64,000 nt of DNA from an uncultured Bdellovibrionales bacterium. GTDB lineage: Bacteria > Patescibacteriota > Minisyncoccia > Moranbacterales > UBA1568. Positions 18,566-28,341 of this stretch are shown in pieces. The notes under the pieces were generated by a model, which saw only the letters and a list, made by a program, of their open reading frames with translations, was not told the DNA's origin and did not search any database. A program made the translations under genes and the position numbers. How positions within the stretch are numbered: position 1 is the first letter of the stretch; every line of letters begins with the position of its first letter. The stretch is from assembly GCA_964530135.1 (NCBI GenBank), contig CAZGXN010000002.1:3308-67307 (forward strand), in the 5' to 3' direction.

Positions 18566-18600
18566 GCCAGTGAACGATAACTACGTTCCCTGGCTTTTTT
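18566..18600 (+). terminator. intrinsic terminator after the 18039 gene
   Basis: 11-bp stem GCCAGTGAACG/CGTTCCCTGGC (1 mismatch), 7-nt loop, TTTTTT. Confidence 0.7.
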
Positions 18601-18614
18601 CTTTTCTCTCGAAA

Positions 18615-19781
18615 TTATTTCTTGATATTTTCTCCGAGAATGTTTCGAAAATTCTGCGCCACTTGATTCCAGCTGCGCTTTTCCGCGCGGCGACGGCTTT
18701 CTGTGCCGAAGAGAACTGCTTCCTCAGGATTATTTGCGATTCGAGCCAAGGCCGTCGCAAAGGATTCTGTATTTTCGGGCTGAACGAAAAGGCCGTTTGC
18801 ACCATCAGTCACGAGCTCGGCCATCCCGCCCGTACCGGAAACGATGAGCGGCAGACCCGAGGCAAGCGCTTCGAGTGCAGCATTACTCATCCCCTCGTTC
18901 TTTGACGGGAGAACGAACACATGCGAACGCTGATAGTATCCGGCGAGCTGGTCGTGCTCGACCCGGCCGATAAATTTCACTTGATCTGAAATGCCTAGCG
19001 CCTTAACGCGCTCTTCGAGCATCGGTTTCTGCTCCCCTTCACCGACGAGGTGGAGCTCGATCGGCTTGGCGGTTTTTTTGGTCGCGACTGCAAAGGCCTC
19101 GATGAGATGATGGATGCCTTTCCGTGGCGTGAGCCGTGAGGTCGAAAGGAAAACCGTCACATCTGTGGCTCGCTTTTTTGGGTCGGGACGGAATGTTTCG
19201 GTATCGACGCCGTTCTGAATCGTCTGCATCTCTTGGCGAAGAGCGGTCTTTCTCGCCAGTTCAGTCAGCCCAGCGCTATTCGGTATAACCGCTTCTGCCC
19301 GACGCCACAAGAAACGCACGAGTGGCCTGGCAAAAAGATAAAAAGTGTCATACTTCTCACTGAATCCCGGGACGTCCGCCCCGCGGAGCGATACGACATA
19401 TGGCACGCCGTAGACTAGCTTCACCAGATACGCCAGAAATCCACAGGGTACAGTGAAAAATGCCAGCGTTACATCGAACGGCTGTTTCTTCGTCTCGAGA
19501 CGCAAGAAACGCCAAAGGAAAAAGGCCGCCTGAAGAGAATAAATAAGAATATCCTTGAGGGATTGTGAATGGAGTTTTTCGGGGTTTTTCCCGATTGGCA
19601 AGCGGTGCACATACACCTCTCCACCGACCCGGATATGCTCTCTGACCCCACCGACGGCAGCAGTCACCAAATGAACCTCGATACTCGAATCCTTGGCCCA
19701 TTCGCGGAGAATGGCCTCGGTCGCGACACTCGCCCCGCCACCCAATGGCGGATATTCATAGTTAAGAAAGAGGACCTTCAT
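18615..19781 (-). CDS. GT4-family glycosyltransferase
   Basis: 'VLFLNYEYPPLGGGASVA', 'NEGMSNAALEALASGLPLIVSGTGGMAELV' (E-x7-E); start at first ATG (ORF-track 19790 is TTG). Confidence 0.85.
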   Translation of the reverse strand: MKVLFLNYEYPPLGGGASVATEAILREWAKDSSIEVHLVTAAVGGVREHIRVGGEVYVHRLPIGKNPEKLHSQSLKDILIYSLQAAFFLWRFLRLETKKQPFDVTLAFFTVPCGFLAYLVKLVYGVPYVVSLRGADVPGFSEKYDTFYLFARPLVRFLWRRAEAVIPNSAGLTELARKTALRQEMQTIQNGVDTETFRPDPKKRATDVTVFLSTSRLTPRKGIHHLIEAFAVATKKTAKPIELHLVGEGEQKPMLEERVKALGISDQVKFIGRVEHDQLAGYYQRSHVFVLPSKNEGMSNAALEALASGLPLIVSGTGGMAELVTDGANGLFVQPENTESFATALARIANNPEEAVLFGTESRRRAEKRSWNQVAQNFRNILGENIKK

Positions 19782-19796
19782 CGTTTTCAATCAGCG

Positions 19797-21107
19797 TTAG
19801 ACGCCAACACCGTAATAGGTGAAGCCAGCCGCTTCGGCCTCGGAGCGTTCGAGCACATTACGACCGTCATAAATAATATCACCTTTCATCTGCCTCCTCA
19901 GATCGGTATAGTCGATAACCCGAAATTCATCCCACTCCGTGCAAATGACGAGGGCATCCGCCCCCTTCAACGCATCGAGAGCTTTCTTTGTGTAGGTCAG
20001 GTGTGTATGTTGAAACACTTTTTTCGAATTTTCCATTGCGACCGGATCAAAGACGCGTACCCTACAACCCTCTTCAAGAAAAAGTTTCGCGTTCTCAATA
20101 CCAGGCGCTTCCCGCACATCGTCGGTACGAGGCTTGAAGGCTAGTCCCCACACTGCGATCGTTTTGCTCTTGAGTTTGTCTCCGAGTTGTTCCTTCAGCT
20201 TCACAAAGGGCTTGATACGCTGTGCCTCATTGACATCACTCACTGTTTCAATGAGGTGGAAATGCGAATTATACTCATTCCCTGTCGCGATAAAGGCCTT
20301 CACATCTTTGGGAAAGCATGACCCGCCATAGCCGATACCGGCATAGAGGAAACGAGATCCAATCCGATTATCATATCCCAAACCACGGGCCACTTCTTTG
20401 ACATTGCCACCTGCGACTTCACAGAAATTTGCGACTTCATTGATAAAGGTGATCTTCATCGCCAGAAAAGCGTTGGCTGCATACTTTATGATTTCGGCGC
20501 TGCGCACATCAGTAAACACAATCGGCCGGCCCGAACGCGCCAGCGGACGATAAACCTGTTCCATCAATTTCCGCGCCTTGGCAGATTTGGTGCCGATGAT
20601 AACACGATCCGGATTCAGAAAATCCTTCACCGCTGCGCCCTCGCGCAAAAACTCAGGGTTGGATACAACATCAAAAGGGTGCTTGCCCCGGGAGGCCTGC
20701 TTGATGATTTCTCCCACTTTCTCAGCCGTACCGACCGGCACCGTCGATTTATCAACAAATACCTTGTAGCCGTTGAGATGCTTACCAAACATTTCTGCCG
20801 CCGCAAAAACATACTGCAGATCTGCCTGACCGGTTACCGTATCTTCGGGTGTACCGACGGCCATAAAAACAACTTCGGACGCCTGAACTGCCTCTTTCAG
20901 GTCCGTTGTGAATGACAGCCGCCCTTCTTTGACATTTCGCTCCACGATCTCTTCCAAACCAATTTCATAGATCGGAATAGTGCCCTTTTTCAAGAGCGCG
21001 ATCTTTTTTGTATCGATATCTGCACAGATCACCTCATGCCCGATCTCGGCCATACACGCACCTGAAACGAGGCCCACATAGCCAGTCCCCAAAAAAGTAA
21101 CTTTCAT
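19797..21107 (-). CDS. ugd: UDP-glucose 6-dehydrogenase
   Basis: 'GTGYVGL' NAD fold, catalytic 'GGSCFPKD', full-length collinearity with Ugd/UDPGDH. Confidence 0.9.
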   Translation of the reverse strand: MKVTFLGTGYVGLVSGACMAEIGHEVICADIDTKKIALLKKGTIPIYEIGLEEIVERNVKEGRLSFTTDLKEAVQASEVVFMAVGTPEDTVTGQADLQYVFAAAEMFGKHLNGYKVFVDKSTVPVGTAEKVGEIIKQASRGKHPFDVVSNPEFLREGAAVKDFLNPDRVIIGTKSAKARKLMEQVYRPLARSGRPIVFTDVRSAEIIKYAANAFLAMKITFINEVANFCEVAGGNVKEVARGLGYDNRIGSRFLYAGIGYGGSCFPKDVKAFIATGNEYNSHFHLIETVSDVNEAQRIKPFVKLKEQLGDKLKSKTIAVWGLAFKPRTDDVREAPGIENAKLFLEEGCRVRVFDPVAMENSKKVFQHTHLTYTKKALDALKGADALVICTEWDEFRVIDYTDLRRQMKGDIIYDGRNVLERSEAEAAGFTYYGVGV

Positions 21108-21122
21108 ACAGTCTTCCTTTTC

Positions 21123-22067
21123 TTATGGATGAGTAATGATTTCTCGGATATTGTAATTCATCCGCTGTCGAGCCTGATAGTAACTCTTCACCGAAATATC
21201 TGCGAGGAGACCGGAAATAAACAATTGAATTCCAACAAGGGTGAAGAAGATACCGACCAATGGCCAGAGCCGTTCCGAGAGTGAGGCGCCGAAGTACAGC
21301 TTTTCAACCAACATCCAAAAAAGGATAGACGAACCAAGCAGAAAAAGCAGCACTCCCGCCCCGCCAAACAAGTGGAGTGGACGATGCGAATATTTCCGCC
21401 AGAACCAGATCGCGAGCATATCGACAAAGCCCTTCATGCCACGCTTCCAATTATATTTCGTCAGGCCATGGACGCGTGGATGATGACTCACCTTCACTTC
21501 AGCGACCCGAAACCCTTCCAGCTGCAAGATCGCTGGGATAAACCGGTGCATCTCACCAAACAAATCAATGTCCTTGAAACATTCGCGGCGATAACTTTTC
21601 AAACTACACCCAGAATCATGGATATTGTCATGGATGAGTATTTTTCTCAGGAAATTGGCAATTCGCGAGGGGATTTTCTTACTCCATGGATCTTGACGCT
21701 TGTATCGCCAACCCGAGACGACATCATACCCCTCATCGATCTTGGCTAGGAGAAGTGGGATATCTGCTGGATCATTTTGGAGATCACCATCGAGTGTGAT
21801 GATGACATCCCCCGTCGCCGCCTTGATACCCGCGTCAAAAGCGGCAGTCTGGCCGAAATTTTTACGGAAGACAATAAGCTTCACCGGAGCACAAGCCTCA
21901 GCCTCAGCACGCGTCTTATCCCGAGAGCCATCATCGACAAAGATGATTTCATACGGCTGACCAGTTTTTTCAAGCGCCACCTTAATTCGTCGGTGCAGCT
22001 CAAAAACATTCCCCTCCTCATTGTAGAGCGGAACGACCACAGAGAGTGAATACTTCCCTTTTTCCAT
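21123..22067 (-). CDS. GT2 polyprenyl-phosphate hexosyltransferase (Dpm1/ArnC/GtrB-like) with C-terminal TM helices
   Basis: 'VVVPLYNEEGN', 'FVDDGSRD', 'DGDLQND' DXD, two C-terminal hydrophobic helices. Confidence 0.85.
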   Translation of the reverse strand: MEKGKYSLSVVVPLYNEEGNVFELHRRIKVALEKTGQPYEIIFVDDGSRDKTRAEAEACAPVKLIVFRKNFGQTAAFDAGIKAATGDVIITLDGDLQNDPADIPLLLAKIDEGYDVVSGWRYKRQDPWSKKIPSRIANFLRKILIHDNIHDSGCSLKSYRRECFKDIDLFGEMHRFIPAILQLEGFRVAEVKVSHHPRVHGLTKYNWKRGMKGFVDMLAIWFWRKYSHRPLHLFGGAGVLLFLLGSSILFWMLVEKLYFGASLSERLWPLVGIFFTLVGIQLFISGLLADISVKSYYQARQRMNYNIREIITHP

Positions 22068-22134
22068 ACTTTCAGTTTATCCCATACTTGAGCCATTGGC
22101 AAAAATAACCGAAAAAAACTTTGACAAAAACATA

Positions 22135-22163
22135 TTGACAAAATACTCTGTTTCTAGTAGTAT
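22135..22163 (+). promoter_or_regulatory. sigma70-like promoter for the epimerase operon (TTGACA, 17 bp spacer, TAGTAT); a second TTGACA lies 15 bp upstream
   Basis: sequence inspection of the divergent intergenic region 22068-22178. Confidence 0.45.
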
Positions 22164-22178
22164 CAACTCTCAAAACCT

Positions 22179-23114
22179 ATGCGTATACTCATTACCGGCG
22201 GTGCTGGATTCATCGGCTCTCATGTCGCTGACGCTCTCATCGAGCGCGGGCATCGGGTAACTATCCTCGACAATCTCTCGAGCGGCAGCCTCGAAAATGT
22301 AAACCGTCGGGCAAAGCTCTATAAATTCGATATTGGGAATCGGCAACGGCTCGAAAAGCTATTTGAAAAGGTTCAGCCCGAGGCGGTGTTCCATTTCGCC
22401 GCCCAAATCAATGTCCGAGCCTCAGTCGAAAATCCTTCGGCGGATGCCACGACAAATATCCTTGGAAGTCTCTCCATCATCGAACTGGCTGCTCAATACG
22501 GAGTGAAGAAATTGATCTTTTCATCCACTGGAGGTGCCATGTTTGATGACACGACGCCCCGTCCGACACCCGAATCCATTCCGGCCGGCCCGCTCTCCCC
22601 ATATGGCATTGCCAAACTCTCCATCGAGCACTACCTCCGTTTCTTCCATCAGATCCATGGTTTGCCATACATAGTGCTCCGCTATGCCAATGTCTATGGC
22701 CCGCGTCAAAATGCGCACGGTGAGGCGGGTGTCGTCGCCATCTTTCTCGCCCGAATGCTCGAGGGAGTCGGACCGACTATCAATGGTGATGGGCTGCAGA
22801 CCCGCGACTATGTCTATGTCGGTGATGTTGCTCAGGCGAATATCCTCGCCCTTGATTCTGAATTAATTGAAGGGGTTTTCCATATTGGAACTGGTATCGA
22901 AACAAGTGTCAATGACATCTTCCGAATGTTGAATTGGCAATTCGGTAAGACATTTGAGGAGACCCATGGACCTGTTAAGCCTGGTGAAACGATGGCGAGC
23001 GCACTCAATGCTCGTCAAGCCAAGGAGCACCTCGGTTGGGAACCAAAAGTCGCTCTCGCCGAAGGCCTCGTCGCCACCGCCACCTGGTTCAAAGCTCGCG
23101 CCCGAGAAAGCTAG
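22179..23114 (+). CDS. NAD-dependent epimerase/dehydratase (SDR; UDP-sugar 4-epimerase or UDP-GlcA decarboxylase-like)
   Basis: 'ILITGGAGFIGSH' Rossmann, catalytic 'SPYGIAKLS' (YxxxK). Confidence 0.85.
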   Translation: MRILITGGAGFIGSHVADALIERGHRVTILDNLSSGSLENVNRRAKLYKFDIGNRQRLEKLFEKVQPEAVFHFAAQINVRASVENPSADATTNILGSLSIIELAAQYGVKKLIFSSTGGAMFDDTTPRPTPESIPAGPLSPYGIAKLSIEHYLRFFHQIHGLPYIVLRYANVYGPRQNAHGEAGVVAIFLARMLEGVGPTINGDGLQTRDYVYVGDVAQANILALDSELIEGVFHIGTGIETSVNDIFRMLNWQFGKTFEETHGPVKPGETMASALNARQAKEHLGWEPKVALAEGLVATATWFKARARES

Positions 23115-23187
23115 TACCACTTCTCCAAACTGGAACAAAAACATGCTACACTATTAGTATGTTTTGCTTTTGACAAGCCTTTTTACT

Positions 23188-23967
23188 ATGTTTTCATCAC
23201 TCTCTATAATCATCCCCTGTTACAAAGAACGCGAAGTCATTGCGGCGAGTGTCGCTACAATCGATGCGTATGTCCGACCACGTTTCGAGCGCTATGAAAT
23301 CATCATCATAACCGATGGCAGTCCGGACGGAACCAGGGAAACTGTCGACCAGCTCTGCCAGAACCGACCCGACATACCGATCCGGCACATCGCTTTCACC
23401 CGTAATCGAGGCAAAGGGGCCGCCGTTCGGGCGGGCTTCCATGCCGCCCAGTACGAATTTGTGCTCATGGTAGATGCCGACCTCACGATCGCCATTACCG
23501 AACTTGACAATTTCATGCCGGCAATCGAACATGCCGACCTGGCGATCGCCTCTCGGTTGGTCCCAGGCACCGTGTTTGAAGAACCCTCACCGTTCCATCG
23601 GGTACTTATGGCCCGCGTCTTTCATATTCTCCAGATTATTATTCTTGGAAATTTCGAATTTTCCGATACCCAGTGCGGTTTCAAACTTTTTCGCCGAGAA
23701 ACAGTCCTACCTCTCTTTCGAGTGCTCACTATCAATCGCTTCGCTATCGATACTGAAATCCTCTTCCTCGCCCGCCGGATGAACCTGCGTGTTGCTATCC
23801 TTCCCGTCCGGATCCAAAGAGACATCCGCAACACCAATGTCCGTATTTTCCGCGACTCACTCAATATGTTCGGGGCACTCCTGAAAATCCGCTGGAACGC
23901 TTGGCGAGGCAAGTATGCGATCCGCCCGCCACTGCATCGCTCTTCACCCATGCCCTCAACTGAATAA
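23188..23967 (+). CDS. GT2 glycosyltransferase (Dpm1-like dolichyl/undecaprenyl-phosphate hexose synthase family)
   Basis: 'LSIIIPCYKE', 'ITDGSPDGT', 'DADL' DXD; start at the ATG (ORF-track 23164 is TTG). Confidence 0.75.
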   Translation: MFSSLSIIIPCYKEREVIAASVATIDAYVRPRFERYEIIIITDGSPDGTRETVDQLCQNRPDIPIRHIAFTRNRGKGAAVRAGFHAAQYEFVLMVDADLTIAITELDNFMPAIEHADLAIASRLVPGTVFEEPSPFHRVLMARVFHILQIIILGNFEFSDTQCGFKLFRRETVLPLFRVLTINRFAIDTEILFLARRMNLRVAILPVRIQRDIRNTNVRIFRDSLNMFGALLKIRWNAWRGKYAIRPPLHRSSPMPSTE

Positions 23968-23975
23968 ATGCACCT

Positions 23976-24647
23976 ATGTGGATCGTCCTCCCAGCCTATA
24001 ATGAAGAGAAGGTTATCCAGTCAGTCCTCCGGGAAATCCAGAGTGCTGGCTATCACAATATCATCGTCGTCGATGATGGCTCGCAAGATCACACCTACCA
24101 AAAAGCAAAGGCCCTGTCGGGAGTCGTCGCCCTTCAACATCGGCTCAACCGTGGTAAAGGTGCCGCCACCAAAACCGGCATCGAAGCCGCCAAACTTCTC
24201 GGGGCGGGTATCATTGTTACCATGGACTCCGACGGCCAGCACGATCCAGCCGACATCGCCCGACTCATAGAGCCGATTCAGAGCAATCACTGCGATGTCG
24301 TTTTGGGCACCCGTCTCAAAAACCCAAAAGGTATGCCCTGGTACAAGATCCTCGCGAATACCATTGGTAATCTCATCACCTGGTACCTCTATGGACTCTA
24401 TGTCTCAGACAGCCAGTCCGGTTTTCGGGCCTATTCCCGCCATGCTTCCGAACTCATCAATACCCGAACCGATCGATATGAGTACGACAGTGAGGTTATC
24501 CGTGAGATCTATCTCTACAAACTCCGGTACCAGGAAGTACCCATCAAAGTCCGCTATACTGAATACTCAATGGGGAAAGTCCAGAAGCAAGGATTCTGGA
24601 ATGGTTTGAAAACGCTGTATAAAATGGTTTTTCATCTTATTTCCTAA
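23976..24647 (+). CDS. GT2 glycosyltransferase, soluble Dpm1-like
   Basis: 'WIVLPAYNEE', 'VVDDGSQD', 'DSDGQHD'. Confidence 0.8.
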   Translation: MWIVLPAYNEEKVIQSVLREIQSAGYHNIIVVDDGSQDHTYQKAKALSGVVALQHRLNRGKGAATKTGIEAAKLLGAGIIVTMDSDGQHDPADIARLIEPIQSNHCDVVLGTRLKNPKGMPWYKILANTIGNLITWYLYGLYVSDSQSGFRAYSRHASELINTRTDRYEYDSEVIREIYLYKLRYQEVPIKVRYTEYSMGKVQKQGFWNGLKTLYKMVFHLIS

Positions 24648-24656
24648 TTTTAGCCT

Positions 24657-25040
24657 ATGAATTTCGATCATTTGCAGCTCTACCAGATTGTCATCCTCAT
24701 CATCTCCAGCCTGATGCTCTATCAGGGGGCGAGTAACTTCTTCAAAGGTAAAGATCACCAAACCGTCCTGAAACTCGGTGTCCGCGTCGTCGTCTGGGGC
24801 GGCATGGCGCTGATCGCACTCTTTCCTGACTTCAGCAATGTCCTCGCCGAACTCATCGGCATCCAGGGCAACATCAATGCCGTCATCCTGACCGGATTCA
24901 TTCTAGTCTTCCTTATGATCTTCAAGCTCCTCTCCGCCATCGAACACCTCGAACAACAGATCACGCTGCTCACGAGAAAAGACTCGCTCCACCATCTCAC
25001 TGAAACAACCAAGACCGATATCAATAATGATGCCTCATAA
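24657..25040 (+). CDS. small 3-4 TM membrane protein, DUF2304-like (commonly found next to Dpm1-like GT2)
   Basis: 127 aa, hydrophobic helices, conserved position after the GT2 pair. Confidence 0.5.
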   Translation: MNFDHLQLYQIVILIISSLMLYQGASNFFKGKDHQTVLKLGVRVVVWGGMALIALFPDFSNVLAELIGIQGNINAVILTGFILVFLMIFKLLSAIEHLEQQITLLTRKDSLHHLTETTKTDINNDAS

Positions 25041-27168
25041 ACTCATGCCCCTGGGAAAGCTTTTTTGGGTCAACATTTTCGTTTTTGGTTTGACTGCAAT
25101 CGGCACGGTTTTTTTGTCGTATGCCCAAGAAAATACAACTCTCCAACTCTTCCGGTCATTCCTCATCCTCGTTCTCACTCTGCCCCTCGCCGGCTTGAAC
25201 CTTACGGCCATTATCGAAAAGCTTTCACGGCGCTCATTTGACTGGCTCGAAAAACTCAATATTGCGGCCATCAGCGCACTCATTGTTATACCCTTTCTCC
25301 TCGCGTTCGAATACAGCAAGTTTCATATCCTCTTTCCGACCCTTCCGATTATCAATGCACTCGTTATTTTTCTCCTGGCCGTCTGGATCAATCCCATGGC
25401 CTTTGAACAAACGTTCGACACTGGTTTTCTCAAAGACCACTTGTCCCGATCGACCAGTTTCGCGTTCCTGCTCTATGCCGTGATCCTGCTCATTATCACG
25501 CTCTCGTACTATCCCTTGCCCGATCTCGATCCCTACTACTGGCTCTCCAAGTATCGCGCCGATTTTGCCCAGACCAAGCTGACGGACCTCGGCGCATACC
25601 GGCCGCTCTTTGCAGCCCTTGCGTACATTTTCAACCAGACGGCACAGGTAGATCTGTACGCTTTTTTCAAGTACGCACTTCCTTTTTTTACACTCCTTGT
25701 ACTCCTCCCAGCCGCCCTCATCGCCCGACTGTTTCGGACATACACAGAACAACTCGCCATTCTCCTCCTCCCTCTCGCCAGCGCTTCGTTCATTCTCTAT
25801 CTCCAGATTCCTATTCCCCAAGCCGTTCTGAACCTGTCCCTCATCTTCTTTGTTTTTTTCCTCCTCTGTTCTTGGCTCACGAGGAAAACTGAATTTTACT
25901 TCCTGGCAGGTGGTATAGCTTTCGGCGCATATTTCTACCATGAAGTGTCAGCGCTCATCCTACTCCCATGGCTCATTGTTACCCTATACCAATACCATCA
26001 GACTCTCCTACAAAAAATAAAAGAGAATCAATTCTCCGCGATTCTTATACTATTTATTCTCCTCTCATATGCCACACTCATCATCACTCCCATCTCTCGC
26101 TTTCTGTTCGCTTGGTTTGGTAAAGGCATCGAACTCATCGGGACGCTGCATACAAACTTTGCTTTTCCGGCAGCCTACATCAATATCGACGGCAATGCCG
26201 TTGGGTGGGGGGACTGGGTGGGCGTGGTACAGTATTACGCCTTCTATGTTGGTCCGGCTGTTCTCTTCACCAGTCTTCTCCTCGCCTGGCATCTGAAATC
26301 CTCCCACTTCAGCCTCCATGCCCTCAAAGCCCGCCTCCGAGCAAACAAAGAGTGGCTCGTTCTCGGAATCAGTTTTCTTCTTTTTTTCCTCATCGCCGAA
26401 ATTCTCCCGCGTTTTCTGGATATTGCCCTCCTTCCAGAGCGTGCGTGGGGATTCGCCGGACTATTCTTCCTCGCGCTCATTCCGCTATTCTTCCGCTCCC
26501 ATCCGTCCCAGACTCGTTGGATCGCCCCGTTTATGATTGCTGCTCTCATCATCAATGCCGCTGGAGCGATATATATCAATGCGCTCAAGAAATATCTCAT
26601 CACGCCAGAACAACTCGTTTCAGCTCAGTGGATCAGCGACACTCTTCCTAGTAATCGTGTCATTTTCACCGTTGGAAATGATAGCCTCTTGAGAATCCAC
26701 GCCCAGTCAAAGATCGTCTCCATCAAAGATCCTGGCTTCTACACTGATATCCGTATCTTCGACGCCCATCTCAAGACATTCACCGACACGCATCAGAATC
26801 TTCAGCAGCGCTATGCCGAATCTCTCAAAAAAATTTCAGATCGCTTGAAAAATCTCCGCAAAGAAAACATCGAGACGGCCGATACTCAGAGCCTTATCGC
26901 CGGACTCCAGCAGATATCCCAGACGTCCGCCACGCTCCAAGAGACCCTTGCAGGTCTCGATAAGCGATCCGAAAAAGTCGCAAATCCCCCGATCTATATC
27001 TACTATGCAAAAGTAAGCGACCGAAACCCCTATACTAACCGTCCCTATATGGATGGCCAGACAACGAAGCAGGGCGGGAAGTTTGTCTTTGATGATTACC
27101 CCGAACGGTTCCAGCGGGTCTATGCCCTCCCGGATGACAGTATCATCGTTTGGAAACTGACAGATTAA
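25027..27168 (+). CDS. large polytopic membrane protein with C-terminal coiled-coil/soluble domain (function unassigned, glycan-related by context)
   Basis: 713 aa, more than 12 hydrophobic segments in the first ~500 aa. Confidence 0.55.
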   Translation: MMPHKLMPLGKLFWVNIFVFGLTAIGTVFLSYAQENTTLQLFRSFLILVLTLPLAGLNLTAIIEKLSRRSFDWLEKLNIAAISALIVIPFLLAFEYSKFHILFPTLPIINALVIFLLAVWINPMAFEQTFDTGFLKDHLSRSTSFAFLLYAVILLIITLSYYPLPDLDPYYWLSKYRADFAQTKLTDLGAYRPLFAALAYIFNQTAQVDLYAFFKYALPFFTLLVLLPAALIARLFRTYTEQLAILLLPLASASFILYLQIPIPQAVLNLSLIFFVFFLLCSWLTRKTEFYFLAGGIAFGAYFYHEVSALILLPWLIVTLYQYHQTLLQKIKENQFSAILILFILLSYATLIITPISRFLFAWFGKGIELIGTLHTNFAFPAAYINIDGNAVGWGDWVGVVQYYAFYVGPAVLFTSLLLAWHLKSSHFSLHALKARLRANKEWLVLGISFLLFFLIAEILPRFLDIALLPERAWGFAGLFFLALIPLFFRSHPSQTRWIAPFMIAALIINAAGAIYINALKKYLITPEQLVSAQWISDTLPSNRVIFTVGNDSLLRIHAQSKIVSIKDPGFYTDIRIFDAHLKTFTDTHQNLQQRYAESLKKISDRLKNLRKENIETADTQSLIAGLQQISQTSATLQETLAGLDKRSEKVANPPIYIYYAKVSDRNPYTNRPYMDGQTTKQGGKFVFDDYPERFQRVYALPDDSIIVWKLTD

Positions 27169-27174
27169 ACTCCT

Positions 27175-28338
27175 ATGCGCCTCCTTATCTTCACCCCATT
27201 TTACCCTCCGCATATCGGCGGACTTGAAACCCACGCACTTGAATTCAATCAGCATCTCGCTCCATTAGTAGACCATATTACAGTCTTCACACCCCGCTTG
27301 CCGACATCCGCCCCAGTTCATGAAACCAACAATAACATCACTATCATTCGCTTTCCTGCTTTTGAGCCGGTGCACAATTATCCCCTGCCAAAGTTCTGGT
27401 CAGTAGATTTTTGGCGGCTCTGGCATGAAGCTCTGAGTGGTCAGCCGACATATGTTCTCTCACGCACTCGATTTTTCTTTACTTCACTCATGGCCTGGCG
27501 CGTAGCGAGAAAATACGCGCTTCCCTGGCTCCATGTCGAGCACGGATCGGATTTCGCCCACTTCCACTCACCCCTGAAGTCGCTCATCGGAAAACTCTAT
27601 GATTGGACCTGCGGCCGATTTGTACTCCGACGAGCCGACATACTCGTCGCCAACTCCGCCGCTTCGGCAATGTTCGTTTCCAAACTCTCCGGTCGTAATG
27701 ATTGTCGCACCATTTACCGTGGTGTCGAGGTCGACATGATCCAGCAAGCCGTCGCAACCGATGAGATAGCACTGCGTTTCCCAAACCGAGTCATCGTCGG
27801 CTATCTCGGACGACTGATCGATGGAAAAGGTGTCCGCCACCTCCTCGAAGCAGTGAAACAACTGGGTGATAACCGACTCGCTTGCATCATCATCGGCAGC
27901 GGTCCGGAACGAAAGAGGCTCGAGGAATTTATTGAAAAGAACCATCTCAGCTCATCAGTCGCACTTCTCGGCCACCGTCCACTTCCCGAGGCGCTCGGAC
28001 TCATGAAATCTTTTGATATCTTCGTCAATCCCAGTTATTCCGAAGGTATCCCCACCTCGGTTATCGAAGCAGCGCTCTTAAAAAAAGCTATTATCGCAAC
28101 ACGAGTTGGTGGAACGCCAGAAATCATTTCGGGTGATGGTGATGGTTTCCTTATCCCCTCCCAGGACACGACTGTCATTATGGAAAAATTGAAACTGCTG
28201 ACCAACGACCAATCGCTCCGCCGAATGATGGGTGAACGCGCCGCTCTAGCCGCCGAGGATAAGTTCTCCTGGCCGCGAGCCATCAAACAATACTGCGAAC
28301 TCTTCGAAAAGAGAAAAAATAATCCTTCCGAACGCTAG
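27175..28338 (+). CDS. GT4-family glycosyltransferase
   Basis: 'LLIFTPFYPPHIGGLE', 'SEGIPTSVIEAALLKKAIIATRVGGTPEII'. Confidence 0.85.
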   Translation: MRLLIFTPFYPPHIGGLETHALEFNQHLAPLVDHITVFTPRLPTSAPVHETNNNITIIRFPAFEPVHNYPLPKFWSVDFWRLWHEALSGQPTYVLSRTRFFFTSLMAWRVARKYALPWLHVEHGSDFAHFHSPLKSLIGKLYDWTCGRFVLRRADILVANSAASAMFVSKLSGRNDCRTIYRGVEVDMIQQAVATDEIALRFPNRVIVGYLGRLIDGKGVRHLLEAVKQLGDNRLACIIIGSGPERKRLEEFIEKNHLSSSVALLGHRPLPEALGLMKSFDIFVNPSYSEGIPTSVIEAALLKKAIIATRVGGTPEIISGDGDGFLIPSQDTTVIMEKLKLLTNDQSLRRMMGERAALAAEDKFSWPRAIKQYCELFEKRKNNPSER

Positions 28339-28341
28339 CCT

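Noticed and set aside
25234-25941. 235-aa minus-strand ORF, Glu/Lys/Arg-rich
   Set aside because: It lies entirely within the 713-aa membrane protein gene on the opposite strand. Its low-complexity charged composition is typical of the antisense of a hydrophobic gene.
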